DNA from: Polyangiales bacterium
Lineage (GTDB): Bacteria > Myxococcota_A > Polyangia > Polyangiales > Houyiibacteriaceae
Direction of reading: 5' to 3'
Length of the DNA: 25,819 nucleotides
Assembly: GCA_045106895.1 (NCBI GenBank)
Contig: JBGCFM010000044.1
Location: forward strand, 1 to 25,819
Under the pieces are notes generated by a model. The model saw nothing but the letters and a program-made list of their open reading frames with translations. It made no database searches and was not told where the DNA came from. Position 1 is the stretch's first letter; each line of letters opens with the position of its first letter. Of the stretch, positions 1-8,546 are shown piece by piece. The position numbers and the translations under genes are program-made.

Positions 1-1694
1 CCTTCGGCGCCCATCTCGCCGACGGTTGGCGCGCCGTCACCGACGTAGACGACGATGCCGCTACGTGCGGGGTCGAGGAGCTCCGCGGCTTCGGCGAGCG
101 TCGCGCCTAAGTCCGTTGCGCCGCCGGCGGGCTCTCGGGCGAGGCTCTCCAGCATCCCGCGCACGCGACCCGGGTCTGCGGTACCAAGGGCGAGAGATTC
201 TGCATCGCCACGAAGTCCGACGTCGCTGGCCACGACGGCGATGCGGTCGTTCTCGTCCAGGTGAGCTGCGAGCGCTTCCACCACGCCGCGCCCTAGTTCG
301 AGCTCGCTTCGTTCCGTACCCGCGGACACGTCGGCGACGACGACGAGGTCGAGGCCGCTCTCGCTGACGTCCTCGAAGAGACGGTCGGGAAGCACGAGGG
401 GAATGTAGAGGTAGTCGTCTTCGTCTTCGTCGGGCATCTGGCCCGCGTTCGGCGCGCGCATGGGCGCTTCATGAGGAGCACGCCAAGCGACGAAGTCTGG
501 CGCCGGCGTTGCGTCCGTGAGCTCGAGGACGAGGTCGGCGCGGGGCCGGAGGTCGCTCATGCGTAGTCGGACGATGTTGTCTTCGACCTCGGCTCCGTAC
601 CCGGCGCGAACGCTCGACACGCCGGCGCGGGTGAGGTCCGCTTCAAAGCTCAGCTCCTGAACGAGGGGCGCGTCCGTCGAAGCGCTCATCGGGAAGCGAT
701 AGATACGCGACCCAGACTCTTCGCCACCTTGATTCGCGCGGGGCAGCCACTCGGCGTAGCGAATGGCGATGCGACGCTCCGCACCCGGGGCGATGGGGTA
801 AATACGTGCCTGGTATCGGCCCGGCGCTTTCCACTCGAGGAGTGCTGGGTCCAAGGTTGAGCCCCGATAGACCTGCCGCTCGTAAGCCTGCTGGGCTTGC
901 GCCTTCTCGCGCACATAACCGTCGACCATGCGTCCGTCGCGGTCGACGCTGAAGCGCTGGAGAAGCGCGCCGTCGGGCACACGAACTTGGTAGAGCCCTT
1001 CGACGGTTTCGCTCGCGGGGTTGAAGAACACCTGATCCACCTCGGTGATGGCCAGGTCGTCGACGACGCGAACACGAACGTTGAGGTGGCGAATGACAAG
1101 GGGCCAGCGTGCTCGGCCCACTTCGTCTGGGACGCGGCCTTGGAGCGCGCCGATGGCAACGTCTTCGCCGAGGCCCGGGCCCGGTCGCGCGAGACCGCCG
1201 GTCCAGTCGGACCAAAGCGCCGTAGCGCTTACTTCACCGCTGTTTAGATCGAGGCTCTCGCCGCCTCGCACCTGATCGCGGACTTCACCATGACGATGCG
1301 CGACTTCCCCGCGGATCACGTAGGCACTCTCGCCGGCGATGAGGGAGAGGCTCGCGTCGCGGGCCGTGAGAATGTGCTCTCCCGAGTGGACTTCGAGGCC
1401 CTGACCCTCGAGGACATCGACGAAGGCGCGGCCCGCGCTCAGCGTGAGGCTACCGTCTTCGTTGAGCGTGAACGTGGCGTCCTCAAGGAGAAGCCGAGGC
1501 CCCGAGTCGAGCCGCAGTCGCGTCAGCCCTGGCGCCGTGACCTCTTCGTATTCCAGGCGCTGTCCGCTCTGGTCTTGGGCCCCTCGAATGACTTCCAGCG
1601 AGGCGATGCTCTGCTCACTCTCCGTGGAGACTTCAGTGGAGCCACCGCAAGCGAGGCATAGGATAGCGAGAAGGCGAGATAGGTTTCGAGGCAT
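1..1694 (-). CDS. Lipoprotein with VIT (vault inter-alpha-trypsin) and vWA domains; runs off the left edge (3' partial)
   Basis: Not in the ORF track because there is no stop in the window. Manual translation from ATG 1694 (GGAG SD upstream) gives MPRNLSRLLAILCLAC (lipobox). A VIT-like segment follows (AITEVDQVFFNPASETVEGLY...DPALLEW...ARIYPIAPG...IRY), then a vWA MIDAS-like LVVVADVSAG ... GGATDLG ... VVYVGDGAPTVG. Confidence 0.85.
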   Translation of the reverse strand, partial: MPRNLSRLLAILCLACGGSTEVSTESEQSIASLEVIRGAQDQSGQRLEYEEVTAPGLTRLRLDSGPRLLLEDATFTLNEDGSLTLSAGRAFVDVLEGQGLEVHSGEHILTARDASLSLIAGESAYVIRGEVAHRHGEVRDQVRGGESLDLNSGEVSATALWSDWTGGLARPGPGLGEDVAIGALQGRVPDEVGRARWPLVIRHLNVRVRVVDDLAITEVDQVFFNPASETVEGLYQVRVPDGALLQRFSVDRDGRMVDGYVREKAQAQQAYERQVYRGSTLDPALLEWKAPGRYQARIYPIAPGAERRIAIRYAEWLPRANQGGEESGSRIYRFPMSASTDAPLVQELSFEADLTRAGVSSVRAGYGAEVEDNIVRLRMSDLRPRADLVLELTDATPAPDFVAWRAPHEAPMRAPNAGQMPDEDEDDYLYIPLVLPDRLFEDVSESGLDLVVVADVSAGTERSELELGRGVVEALAAHLDENDRIAVVASDVGLRGDAESLALGTADPGRVRGMLESLAREPAGGATDLGATLAEAAELLDPARSGIVVYVGDGAPTVGEMGAE

Positions 1695-1948
1695 TCAAAC
1701 TCCGGAAGGGCTGACGTTCGCGCAACGCAAAAGTTCCCCTGGTGCCCACATGGACCCCAGAAGTTCGCCTCCCCTTGGGTGAAGCATCCCGGATTCTTCG
1801 AAAAAAGAACACCGCCGCGTGGGGCTGCGCGCCTGTTCACCCTGGGCCGAGTGGCGCTGACCCAATCAGAGGTGAGTCGAAGACCGTTCAGGCCGCGGTC
1901 CTCCAGCTCCTGGGCGAGCGCGTCCTCGGCGTACGTTCGGTCCCGGAC

Positions 1949-1995
1949 AAAAAGAATGCGCCGTTCCGGGACGAGCTGCGTTCACCCCATGAAAG
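1949..1995 (+). promoter_or_regulatory. Putative ECF-type promoter (A-tract, -35 TGCGCC, N15, -10 GCGTTCA)
   Basis: AAAAA 1949-1953, TGCGCC 1957-1962, 15 nt, GCGTTCA 1978-1984, 5 nt, TGAAAG 1990-1995. The same elements and spacing recur at 6007-6045. Confidence 0.7.
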
Positions 1996-2003
1996 GACAT
2001 TTC

Positions 2004-2384
2004 ATGACTCGAACAATCATCCTCGCCGCTTTTGCCTTTGCCCTCACGGCTGTGCCCGCCTGGGGCAGCGCTCGTGCCTGCGGAGGTTATGGGAACATCG
2101 ATCCCGTAGCCCAGCAGATGGAAGGTGTCGTTCGCACACACTTCGCGAGCCACCGGCGGCAAGTTCAGTTGGTGGACGTCGTGAGGCTTGGTGTCGTCGC
2201 ACAGCGCTCCCGCCGGACTCCGGCTGAACATCGCGTGCGCGTGCGCTTCTCCCGCGGCGAAGAACTCTTCGTGCAGGTGCTGAGACTCAGCAATGAGAGC
2301 GGGAGCTGGCGTGTGGTCGGCGGCGAACGCCCGCTTCGCACCCACATGGCCGACCACGATTCGGGGACGAGGTCGGCCGTTTAG
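2004..2384 (+). CDS. Small secreted hypothetical protein (126 aa)
   Basis: SD GAAAGGA 1991-1997 precedes ATG 2004. Signal-peptide-like N-terminus MTRTIILAAFAFALTAVPAWGSARA-CGGYG. The stop codon overlaps that of the convergent sigma gene (TTAG 2381-2384). Confidence 0.75.
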   Translation: MTRTIILAAFAFALTAVPAWGSARACGGYGNIDPVAQQMEGVVRTHFASHRRQVQLVDVVRLGVVAQRSRRTPAEHRVRVRFSRGEELFVQVLRLSNESGSWRVVGGERPLRTHMADHDSGTRSAV

Positions 2385-3259
2385 CTGTTCGAATCGTTGG
2401 AGTCTCCATGATCCGACATACTCGCCAACAAGCCCTCCACGCTCACGTCGAAGCGACTCTTGAGCAAGTCCACAATGCTCTCGAGGTCGGTGGCGCCAAC
2501 AGCTCCGTGGGATTTGAGGCCGCTGCGTGTGCCTTTGGCGATCTTCTCGCGGATCGCGGCGAGCTGGCGCACCACCGTCGCGCGGTGAATTCCGTACATC
2601 GAGGCGAGCTGCTGAAGGGTGACCTTCTGGAGAAAGTGCAGCCGAAGCATGTTGCGCTCACGTGGGTCCAAGGTTTGAACCGCGGCGGCGAAGCTCTCGC
2701 GGAAGAGCCCGCGGTAGTGGTCTTTGAGGTGCCGCCGTTCCGGGTCGAGTTCGCCGATGGCGCGATCGAGCTCAAGCTCCTGCGTCTCACGCTTGCCTTT
2801 TCGCAGGGTGCTGATGGCGGTGCGTGTCGCCGTGACACGAATCAGCGCCGCGAGGGAACCACGGCCCACGTAGGCGAGGATCTTTGGGGGCTCACCGACG
2901 AGGAGCTTCTGCCGCACGTCCTGGGCTACGTCGTCCACCAGGGCGTCACCCAGTTTCATCGATGCGACGAAGGCTGGGATGCGCGCGAAGTACTCGGTTT
3001 CGAGTCGGCGCTGCGCCGGCAGGGAACCTTGCGTTGCCGCAACGACGAGGGCGCACTCTTCTCCTTGGTCCGGGGTTGGCTCTTTCGGCAGTCCAGCCAG
3101 AAGCTCAAGAAGCGGCGAAGCGTCGCCGTGCGCTGCGCTGTATGTCTCGCACAAGGCGAGGGCGCCGGTGGCGTCCGAAAGCTCGTAACCGTGCTCTTGC
3201 CGCAACTTCTCATAGCGAGCGCGCAGTGTATCCGTCGTGTTCATGTCGCCCGCGTCCAT
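2381..3259 (-). CDS. RNA polymerase sigma-70/ECF-type factor, Myxococcales family (TIGR03001-like), with N-terminal extension
   Basis: Region-2-like VDDVAQDVRQKLL..Y.GRGSL.ALIRVTATR. Region 4 HTH FRESFAAAVQTLDPRERNMLRLHF...LQQLASMYGIHRATVVRQLA. Divergent from a ZAS-kinase gene. Confidence 0.85.
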   Translation of the reverse strand: MDAGDMNTTDTLRARYEKLRQEHGYELSDATGALALCETYSAAHGDASPLLELLAGLPKEPTPDQGEECALVVAATQGSLPAQRRLETEYFARIPAFVASMKLGDALVDDVAQDVRQKLLVGEPPKILAYVGRGSLAALIRVTATRTAISTLRKGKRETQELELDRAIGELDPERRHLKDHYRGLFRESFAAAVQTLDPRERNMLRLHFLQKVTLQQLASMYGIHRATVVRQLAAIREKIAKGTRSGLKSHGAVGATDLESIVDLLKSRFDVSVEGLLASMSDHGDSNDSNS

Positions 3260-3321
3260 CGACTGAGCCTATCAAACTTGCGCGCACCTACCCGTCAGCT
3301 TCCTTTCGGTCATACTGGCGT

Positions 3322-5967
3322 ATGAGCTGCCCTGACGAACTGACGCTCTGGGCGCTCGTGCAGGGCACCGTGGACGCGGAGTCGATGAGCACCTTGGACG
3401 CTCATCTCGACGGATGCGCTGAGTGCAGAGAGGTTGTTGGCGCCGTCGCTTCCGGCGTCCGAAGTCAGAGCTCTCGTACCCAGAACGACTCCGCGCCTGC
3501 GACCCTGGGCCGCTTCGAAGTTGGCGATCCGCTCGGGGAAGGCGCGATGGGCGTCGTCTATGCGGGGATGGACCCGGAGCTTGAACGCCCCGTCGCCTTG
3601 AAGGTGCTTCACGCCGCCGCCGACTCCGCGAAGGGTCGCGCGCGACTTGTTCGCGAGGCACAGGCGATGGCACGACTCGCCCACGCTCATGTCTTGACGG
3701 TCTACGAGGTAGGCACGGACGGGGACACGGTCTTCATCGCGATGGAGCGCGGGGATCGCAACCTACGAACAGCCATGAAGCAAGGGGAGACGCAGGAGAC
3801 ACTCGTCGCCGCGATGAAGGAGGCGGGTCACGGACTCGCCGCGGCGCATCGCGCGGAGATTTTGCACCGGGACTTCAAACCCGAGAACGTGATGCTCATG
3901 TCGGACGGGGGCGCGAAGGTTGCGGACTTCGGCCTTGCCGGAGCCATCGCGGGTTCGGGAAGTGAAGGACCCATCGACCTGACCCGTACCGGCGCGCTCT
4001 TGGGGACACCCGTGTACATGGCGCCGGAACGACTTCGTGGGGAGGTCGGGGACGCGCGCTCGGATCAGTTCTCGTTTTGCGTCGCGATGTGGGAGGTCGT
4101 TTGTGGAGAGCGCCCCTTTGGCGGAAGCAGCGTGGAAGATCTTCTCCGCGCGATCGCCTCCGGAGCGCCCACGGCAGGGGTGCCAGACTCGCTCGCTCGC
4201 GTTCTTCGTCGCGGCCTGCAAGCGAACTCGGAAGCCCGCTTCGACTCCATGGACGCGCTGCTTGAAGCGTTGCCGCCGGGGCTCGCTACAGGCGCATCAC
4301 CGCGCTCGCTGGTTCCTTTCGGCGCAGCGCTTGTCGCCGCCGCTGCCTTGCTGGTGGGCGTGGGCTATGCCGCCTATCCCGCCGAGAACGTGCCTACCGT
4401 GCCGCTCATGGAGGTCGGCGCCTGTGACGAGCTCACTCTGCCCGCTCAAGCGCTTCTCGAGGGGTGGCCCGCGGCTCGCGTGGAGATGTGGCGTGCACGC
4501 TGGGAGGAGAGTCGCGCAGCGCTCTGCGCGCAAACGCCGCCCGCCCGCGCCGCCGAGTGCCTCGCTGAGCAAGCCGCCGAGGTGGCTCGCTTTGCCGTGC
4601 CGGATGCTTCCGGCGAAGCGTTCATTCAGATGCCCAGTCCGGAAGCATGCGCCGCAGGCGCGGTACCGATGCAACCCGAGTTGAGCGAAGTGCGGGCTCT
4701 TCTGCGGAGCGGTGACGCTGAGAGGGCACGGAGCGCCCTCGCAGAGCTGGGAAGTGAAACCACGGAGGCAGCCCTCCTCGCTGCGCGGGCCGAACGGATG
4801 CTCGCCCACTTCGAACTTGCCGAAGGGCTGGCCCGTGACGCGCTTTTTCGAGCTCAAGAAGAAGAGGACCCATGGAACGCGGCGGAGGCCTGGCTTGAAC
4901 TCGTGGCCGTCGCTGGCGCGGCGGGCGAGTACGAGCAGGCGGCGCGCGACTTGGCTCACGCGGAGCAAGCAGTGCTCGCCGTGGGCACGGGCAGCTTGCG
5001 CGAGCAGCTTCTGCACCGCCAGGGACTGGTGAGAACTCAGATGGGCGACTTCGCTGGGGCCCGAAGCGCCCTCGACGCTGCGCTCGAGTTGCGGACGCAG
5101 CGACTGGGCGCGGAGACTGTGGAGCTCGCCGCGTTTCACACCAGCCTTGGTCACCTCGCGCGTCTTGAGGAGCGACTCGACGACGCCTTTGAGCACCACT
5201 CCATCGCGCGTGGCCTCAACGCGACGCTCGACCCGGAGCACGCCTGGGTTGCTCGTGATTTGCACAACTTGGGCGGCATTCTCCGGCGTCAGCATCGCTG
5301 GGACGACGCCCTCGACTACTATCGTCAGTCCATCGCGATCCGCCGCGAACGTCTCGGGCAAACTCACCCGGAGGTTGCCCTTGGATTGAACAGCGTTGGC
5401 CTTGTTCTTTTCGAGACGGACGACTTCGAAGGAGCCCGGACCACTTGGCTCGAAGCCCGGGCCATCTTCATGGATAACGATCACGCAGATTCCGCGATGA
5501 CGGAACACAACCTTGCGCTGGCGAACCTCGCGCTCAACGAACCGGAGCAGGCGCTCTCACATGCCCTCGTAGCGCTGCGGCGGGACGAGGCGCGGCTGGG
5601 GCCAGATGCGAAACGTGTCGGTGCAGAGCTTGTGACCGTCGCGAAAGCGCTCGTACGGCTTCGTCGCTTCGATGAAGCGCAGACGCGTGTTACGCGCGCC
5701 AAAGAGATCGCTGTGCTTCTCGGGGACGACGCGCTGGCCGAAGAAGCAGAAGCGGTGATGGCGCAGCGTCGGCGAAGCGACGCCGCGGCTCGACGACGAC
5801 GGGCGGCCAGCGCGGAAACATCGTCGATGATCGCGCCTGTAGACCAGGATGATCCACCCGTCGCTGAGCCCGAAACGATGGCGCCACAGATGGCCACACA
5901 GATGGCGCCGACGAGCTTTCGTGCCGCTGGCAGCGCGACCTACGGCGGCGGACAAGCCTGGGACTGA
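3322..5967 (+). CDS. Membrane Ser/Thr (Hanks) kinase: N-terminal zf-HC2/ZAS finger, kinase, TM helix, extracytoplasmic TPR repeats
   Basis: HLDGCAEC (HxxxCxxC); GEGAMGVVY, VALK, HRDFKPEN, DFG, GTPVYMAPE; TM LVPFGAALVAAAALLVGVGY; TPR-like repeats such as LGQTHPEVALGLNSVG. Start set at ATG 3322 because the ORF-track start (2884) overlaps the sigma gene. Confidence 0.92.
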   Translation: MSCPDELTLWALVQGTVDAESMSTLDAHLDGCAECREVVGAVASGVRSQSSRTQNDSAPATLGRFEVGDPLGEGAMGVVYAGMDPELERPVALKVLHAAADSAKGRARLVREAQAMARLAHAHVLTVYEVGTDGDTVFIAMERGDRNLRTAMKQGETQETLVAAMKEAGHGLAAAHRAEILHRDFKPENVMLMSDGGAKVADFGLAGAIAGSGSEGPIDLTRTGALLGTPVYMAPERLRGEVGDARSDQFSFCVAMWEVVCGERPFGGSSVEDLLRAIASGAPTAGVPDSLARVLRRGLQANSEARFDSMDALLEALPPGLATGASPRSLVPFGAALVAAAALLVGVGYAAYPAENVPTVPLMEVGACDELTLPAQALLEGWPAARVEMWRARWEESRAALCAQTPPARAAECLAEQAAEVARFAVPDASGEAFIQMPSPEACAAGAVPMQPELSEVRALLRSGDAERARSALAELGSETTEAALLAARAERMLAHFELAEGLARDALFRAQEEEDPWNAAEAWLELVAVAGAAGEYEQAARDLAHAEQAVLAVGTGSLREQLLHRQGLVRTQMGDFAGARSALDAALELRTQRLGAETVELAAFHTSLGHLARLEERLDDAFEHHSIARGLNATLDPEHAWVARDLHNLGGILRRQHRWDDALDYYRQSIAIRRERLGQTHPEVALGLNSVGLVLFETDDFEGARTTWLEARAIFMDNDHADSAMTEHNLALANLALNEPEQALSHALVALRRDEARLGPDAKRVGAELVTVAKALVRLRRFDEAQTRVTRAKEIAVLLGDDALAEEAEAVMAQRRRSDAAARRRRAASAETSSMIAPVDQDDPPVAEPETMAPQMATQMAPTSFRAAGSATYGGGQAWD

Positions 5968-6000
5968 GCGGCTCGGAGAGTTTTGTGGCATCGCTCCAAG

Positions 6001-6045
6001 AAAAACTGCGCCACCTTCGATTCTGTCGCGTTCAGCTCTTGAAAG
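6001..6045 (+). promoter_or_regulatory. Putative ECF-type promoter (second copy)
   Basis: AAAAA 6001-6005, TGCGCC 6007-6012, 15 nt, GCGTTCA 6028-6034, 5 nt, TGAAAG 6040-6045. Matches 1957-1995. Confidence 0.7.
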
Positions 6046-6054
6046 AGGATGACG

Positions 6055-6639
6055 ATGAATCGACGAAGACTATTGGCGGCGATGAGCGCCGGGGCTATGA
6101 GCGTACTTGCTGCACCGGTTTTGGGTCAGCGCGGTAGCGGGGCTAGGACCGGCGGATGTGGCTCGATAACCACGAGCAACATCGAAGGTCCATTTTACTT
6201 GCCTGGCGCGCCGGAGACTCGCGCGCTGAGTTCTGATGGGGCACTGCTCATCAGTGGACGGGTGCTCAGCGCGAGCTGTGGACCCGCGCGCAACGGAGTG
6301 ATCGAAGTGTGGCAAGCAAACGAAGAAGGCGAATACGACCTTCAAGGGTTTCAAAACCGCGGCGTGGTCCGCTGCAACTCCGCAGGTCAGTTTTCGTTTC
6401 GAACGGTGCGTCCAGGCAACTACCTCAACGGCCGGCGCTACAGGCCCGCGCACATTCATGTGAAGGTCCACGCCGATGGGCGGCCGACGCTCACGACGCA
6501 GCTCTATTTTGCAGACGACCCGCACAACGACAGCGACGCCTGGTTTCGAGACACCCTCGTTCTTCGTGATGCCCCTCAAGGCTGCAGCGCGCCGGATCCT
6601 GCGAGGCCAACAGCGAAGGTCTTCACCTTCGTTGTTTGA
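6055..6639 (+). CDS. Tat-exported intradiol ring-cleavage dioxygenase-like protein (Dioxygenase_C family)
   Basis: MNRRRLL twin-arginine signal; IEGPFY, EVWQAN..GEY, RPGNY, RPAHIH, LTTQLYF (Tyr/Tyr/His/His Fe ligands present). SD AGAGG favours ATG 6055; alternative start 6049. Confidence 0.85.
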   Translation: MNRRRLLAAMSAGAMSVLAAPVLGQRGSGARTGGCGSITTSNIEGPFYLPGAPETRALSSDGALLISGRVLSASCGPARNGVIEVWQANEEGEYDLQGFQNRGVVRCNSAGQFSFRTVRPGNYLNGRRYRPAHIHVKVHADGRPTLTTQLYFADDPHNDSDAWFRDTLVLRDAPQGCSAPDPARPTAKVFTFVV

Positions 6640-6647
6640 GCGTCGCG

Positions 6648-7991
6648 TTAGTCATCGATTTCTTCGCAGATGTAGAAGCGACCCGAGTTGCATCGAGCGT
6701 CGTTCCACCGCCCGCTCGCGCGAAGCTCAGCGCAGTCCTCAGTCGCGGTGTTCTCATCGTCGTTGGGTTCGTCGCTATCCCAGTTCTCGTAGGAGAATGG
6801 CTCGCCGCTTAGCCAGCGAAACGTGCCTTCGTTGCTGGCGCCGGAGTCCGTGAGCCCGATCCACCAATTGGAGCTGGCGCTGATCGCGCCTCCTGTATCG
6901 TCTAGGAAGTCGTTCTCGTCTTCGTCGTTGATCGTGGCGAGCACGTAGAGACCTGCGTCCGAGCCGCCGAAGTCATCGCAGCGGTCGCGCGCTTGCCAGA
7001 ACGAACGACTCTCTTGGCAAAACTGATAGACGTGTTCGTTGTACGTGTGCGCGATGCACCCGGCCCTGCACGCTTCATCGTCGTCCGGCGTTCCGCTGCA
7101 ATCGTTATCGATGAGGTCGCACTCTTCTTCCGCGCCGGGGTTGATAGTGGCGTCATCGTCCAGGCAGTCGTCTCCGATTGTCACGTAGTCGTCCCCGGGG
7201 CTGATGCACAGCATCATGGCGCTTGCCGTATCCCCGTACGTGTCTTCGTCGTCATCGAAGAAGTACGTCGTCAGTGGCAAGTCTTCGTCGGCCATGCTGT
7301 TGCAGTTGTTGTCCCTGTCGTCGCACACTTCGGCGTTGTCTGGAAAGTTCTGACCGTCGCCGTCGTCACAGTCCCCGGCTCGCGTCGCGTAGTCTTCCCC
7401 CGGAGGGGCGCAGGCCATCACCGGATCTCCGATGCCGTACCCATCCAGATCGGTGTCCGCGTAGTAGGTGTTGAGCATCTCTTCGTCGACCTCTTCGTCG
7501 ACCTCGCCGTCGCAGTCGTCATCGAAGTCGTTGCATGTTTCATCCACGGGCGAAACTTCGCCCTCGCACACGCTGCTCAGGACGCCCGCCACGCAGCGTT
7601 GAACTCCGAAAGTGCATGGTGCGTCGTTCGATTTGCCGCACGTCACGTCCTCCGTGCATTCGCAGCCTTCATTGACGACTCCGTCGCAATTTTCATCGAG
7701 CCCGTCGCCGTTGCACAACTCGGGCATGCCCCCGTTCACGTTGTCTTCGCAGGCGCCCCACGACCCGTCGATGCAAGGTCGTTGTCGCGCAACGCAAACG
7801 CCGACGCTCAAGCAGTCCAGCGTCTCACCGGCGGAGCATTCACTGGTAAACGCGTCAGGCTGGTCGAGTGCATCGACGGAGGCGTCTCGGGTGCCTGCGT
7901 CTCGAGGAGGACCGCCGTCTTCGGGAAGCAAGCCGGTACTGTCGACCGAACATCCGAAGGTGAAGAGAAGAAGAAGTGCTGAGGTCTTCAC
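6648..7991 (-). CDS. Cys/Asp-rich lipoprotein with MopE-like putative metal-binding repeats and a C-terminal C-type lectin domain
   Basis: Lipobox FTFGC; repeats such as GDCDDGDGQNFPDNAEVCDDRDNNC; C-type lectin motifs WIGL, W..DEPN, EDC, WNDARC, FYICE. Confidence 0.85.
   Translation of the reverse strand: MKTSALLLLFTFGCSVDSTGLLPEDGGPPRDAGTRDASVDALDQPDAFTSECSAGETLDCLSVGVCVARQRPCIDGSWGACEDNVNGGMPELCNGDGLDENCDGVVNEGCECTEDVTCGKSNDAPCTFGVQRCVAGVLSSVCEGEVSPVDETCNDFDDDCDGEVDEEVDEEMLNTYYADTDLDGYGIGDPVMACAPPGEDYATRAGDCDDGDGQNFPDNAEVCDDRDNNCNSMADEDLPLTTYFFDDDEDTYGDTASAMMLCISPGDDYVTIGDDCLDDDATINPGAEEECDLIDNDCSGTPDDDEACRAGCIAHTYNEHVYQFCQESRSFWQARDRCDDFGGSDAGLYVLATINDEDENDFLDDTGGAISASSNWWIGLTDSGASNEGTFRWLSGEPFSYENWDSDEPNDDENTATEDCAELRASGRWNDARCNSGRFYICEEIDD
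7479..7502. repeat. Exact 12-nt tandem duplication (CTCTTCGTCGAC x2), in-frame VDEE duplication
   Basis: Read directly; encodes EVDEEVDEE on the minus strand. Confidence 0.85.
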
Positions 7992-8039
7992 TCCGCAAGA
8001 TTAGCAGATCGACGGCGCCTGCGGTTGGATGAGCGCGAG

Positions 8040-8537
8040 TTAGTGCGACGGCGGGCTACTCAGGATCTGCGGAACGGCGGGATCAAGCCAGAAAGCAATC
8101 TTCCCAGCGCCGCTTCGGTCGATGTCGATGCAGCAAGCGCTACCCGTTCGGAAGCCTGGCAGCATGCCCTCGCCGCTGAGGTGTCCGGCCAAGACACGAA
8201 CTTTTGGCGCGTGCGTCACGAGAGCCACAGTCGATCTCGGGTCGAGGCCCTCGAGAACGCTGAGCGCCTGGGACGTCGTGCCGAACTCCGGCGCCAAGGT
8301 GCGGTGAACTGTAATCGCTCCTTCGAAGTCGAGCCCCTCGCCGAGGAGGTCGGCGGTCTGCACGGCGCGCACGAGGGAGCTGGTGAACATATGCGTGAGC
8401 GGTCCCAGCGCATCACGGAGTAGGGGGGTCAAGCCGCGCATGCGGGCTCGCCCCTCACTCGTGAGCCAACGGGTTTCATCCGTTGGGGCTTCATAGGGGT
8501 CCACCGCAGTGGAATGGCGCATCACGAGAACCCTCAC
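8040..8537 (-). CDS. sixA: Histidine phosphatase superfamily, SixA-like phosphohistidine phosphatase
   Basis: MRHS (RHG variant), D..R.LT.EG, TSSLVRAVQTA, ALVTHAP; 165 aa. Confidence 0.8.
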   Translation of the reverse strand: MRVLVMRHSTAVDPYEAPTDETRWLTSEGRARMRGLTPLLRDALGPLTHMFTSSLVRAVQTADLLGEGLDFEGAITVHRTLAPEFGTTSQALSVLEGLDPRSTVALVTHAPKVRVLAGHLSGEGMLPGFRTGSACCIDIDRSGAGKIAFWLDPAVPQILSSPPSH

Positions 8538-8546
8538 CGCGCGACC

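Noticed and set aside
1801..1842. Degenerate third copy of the ECF-like motif (AAAAAAGAAC-ACCGCC...CTGTTCACCC)
   Set aside because: Both boxes have mismatches and the spacing is one nt longer. It may be a weak or relic promoter but is not supportable alone.
5878..5910. 12-nt imperfect repeat encoding MAPQMATQMAP in the kinase tail
   Set aside because: Low-complexity coding repeat in a probably disordered tail; no spacers, so not CRISPR-like.
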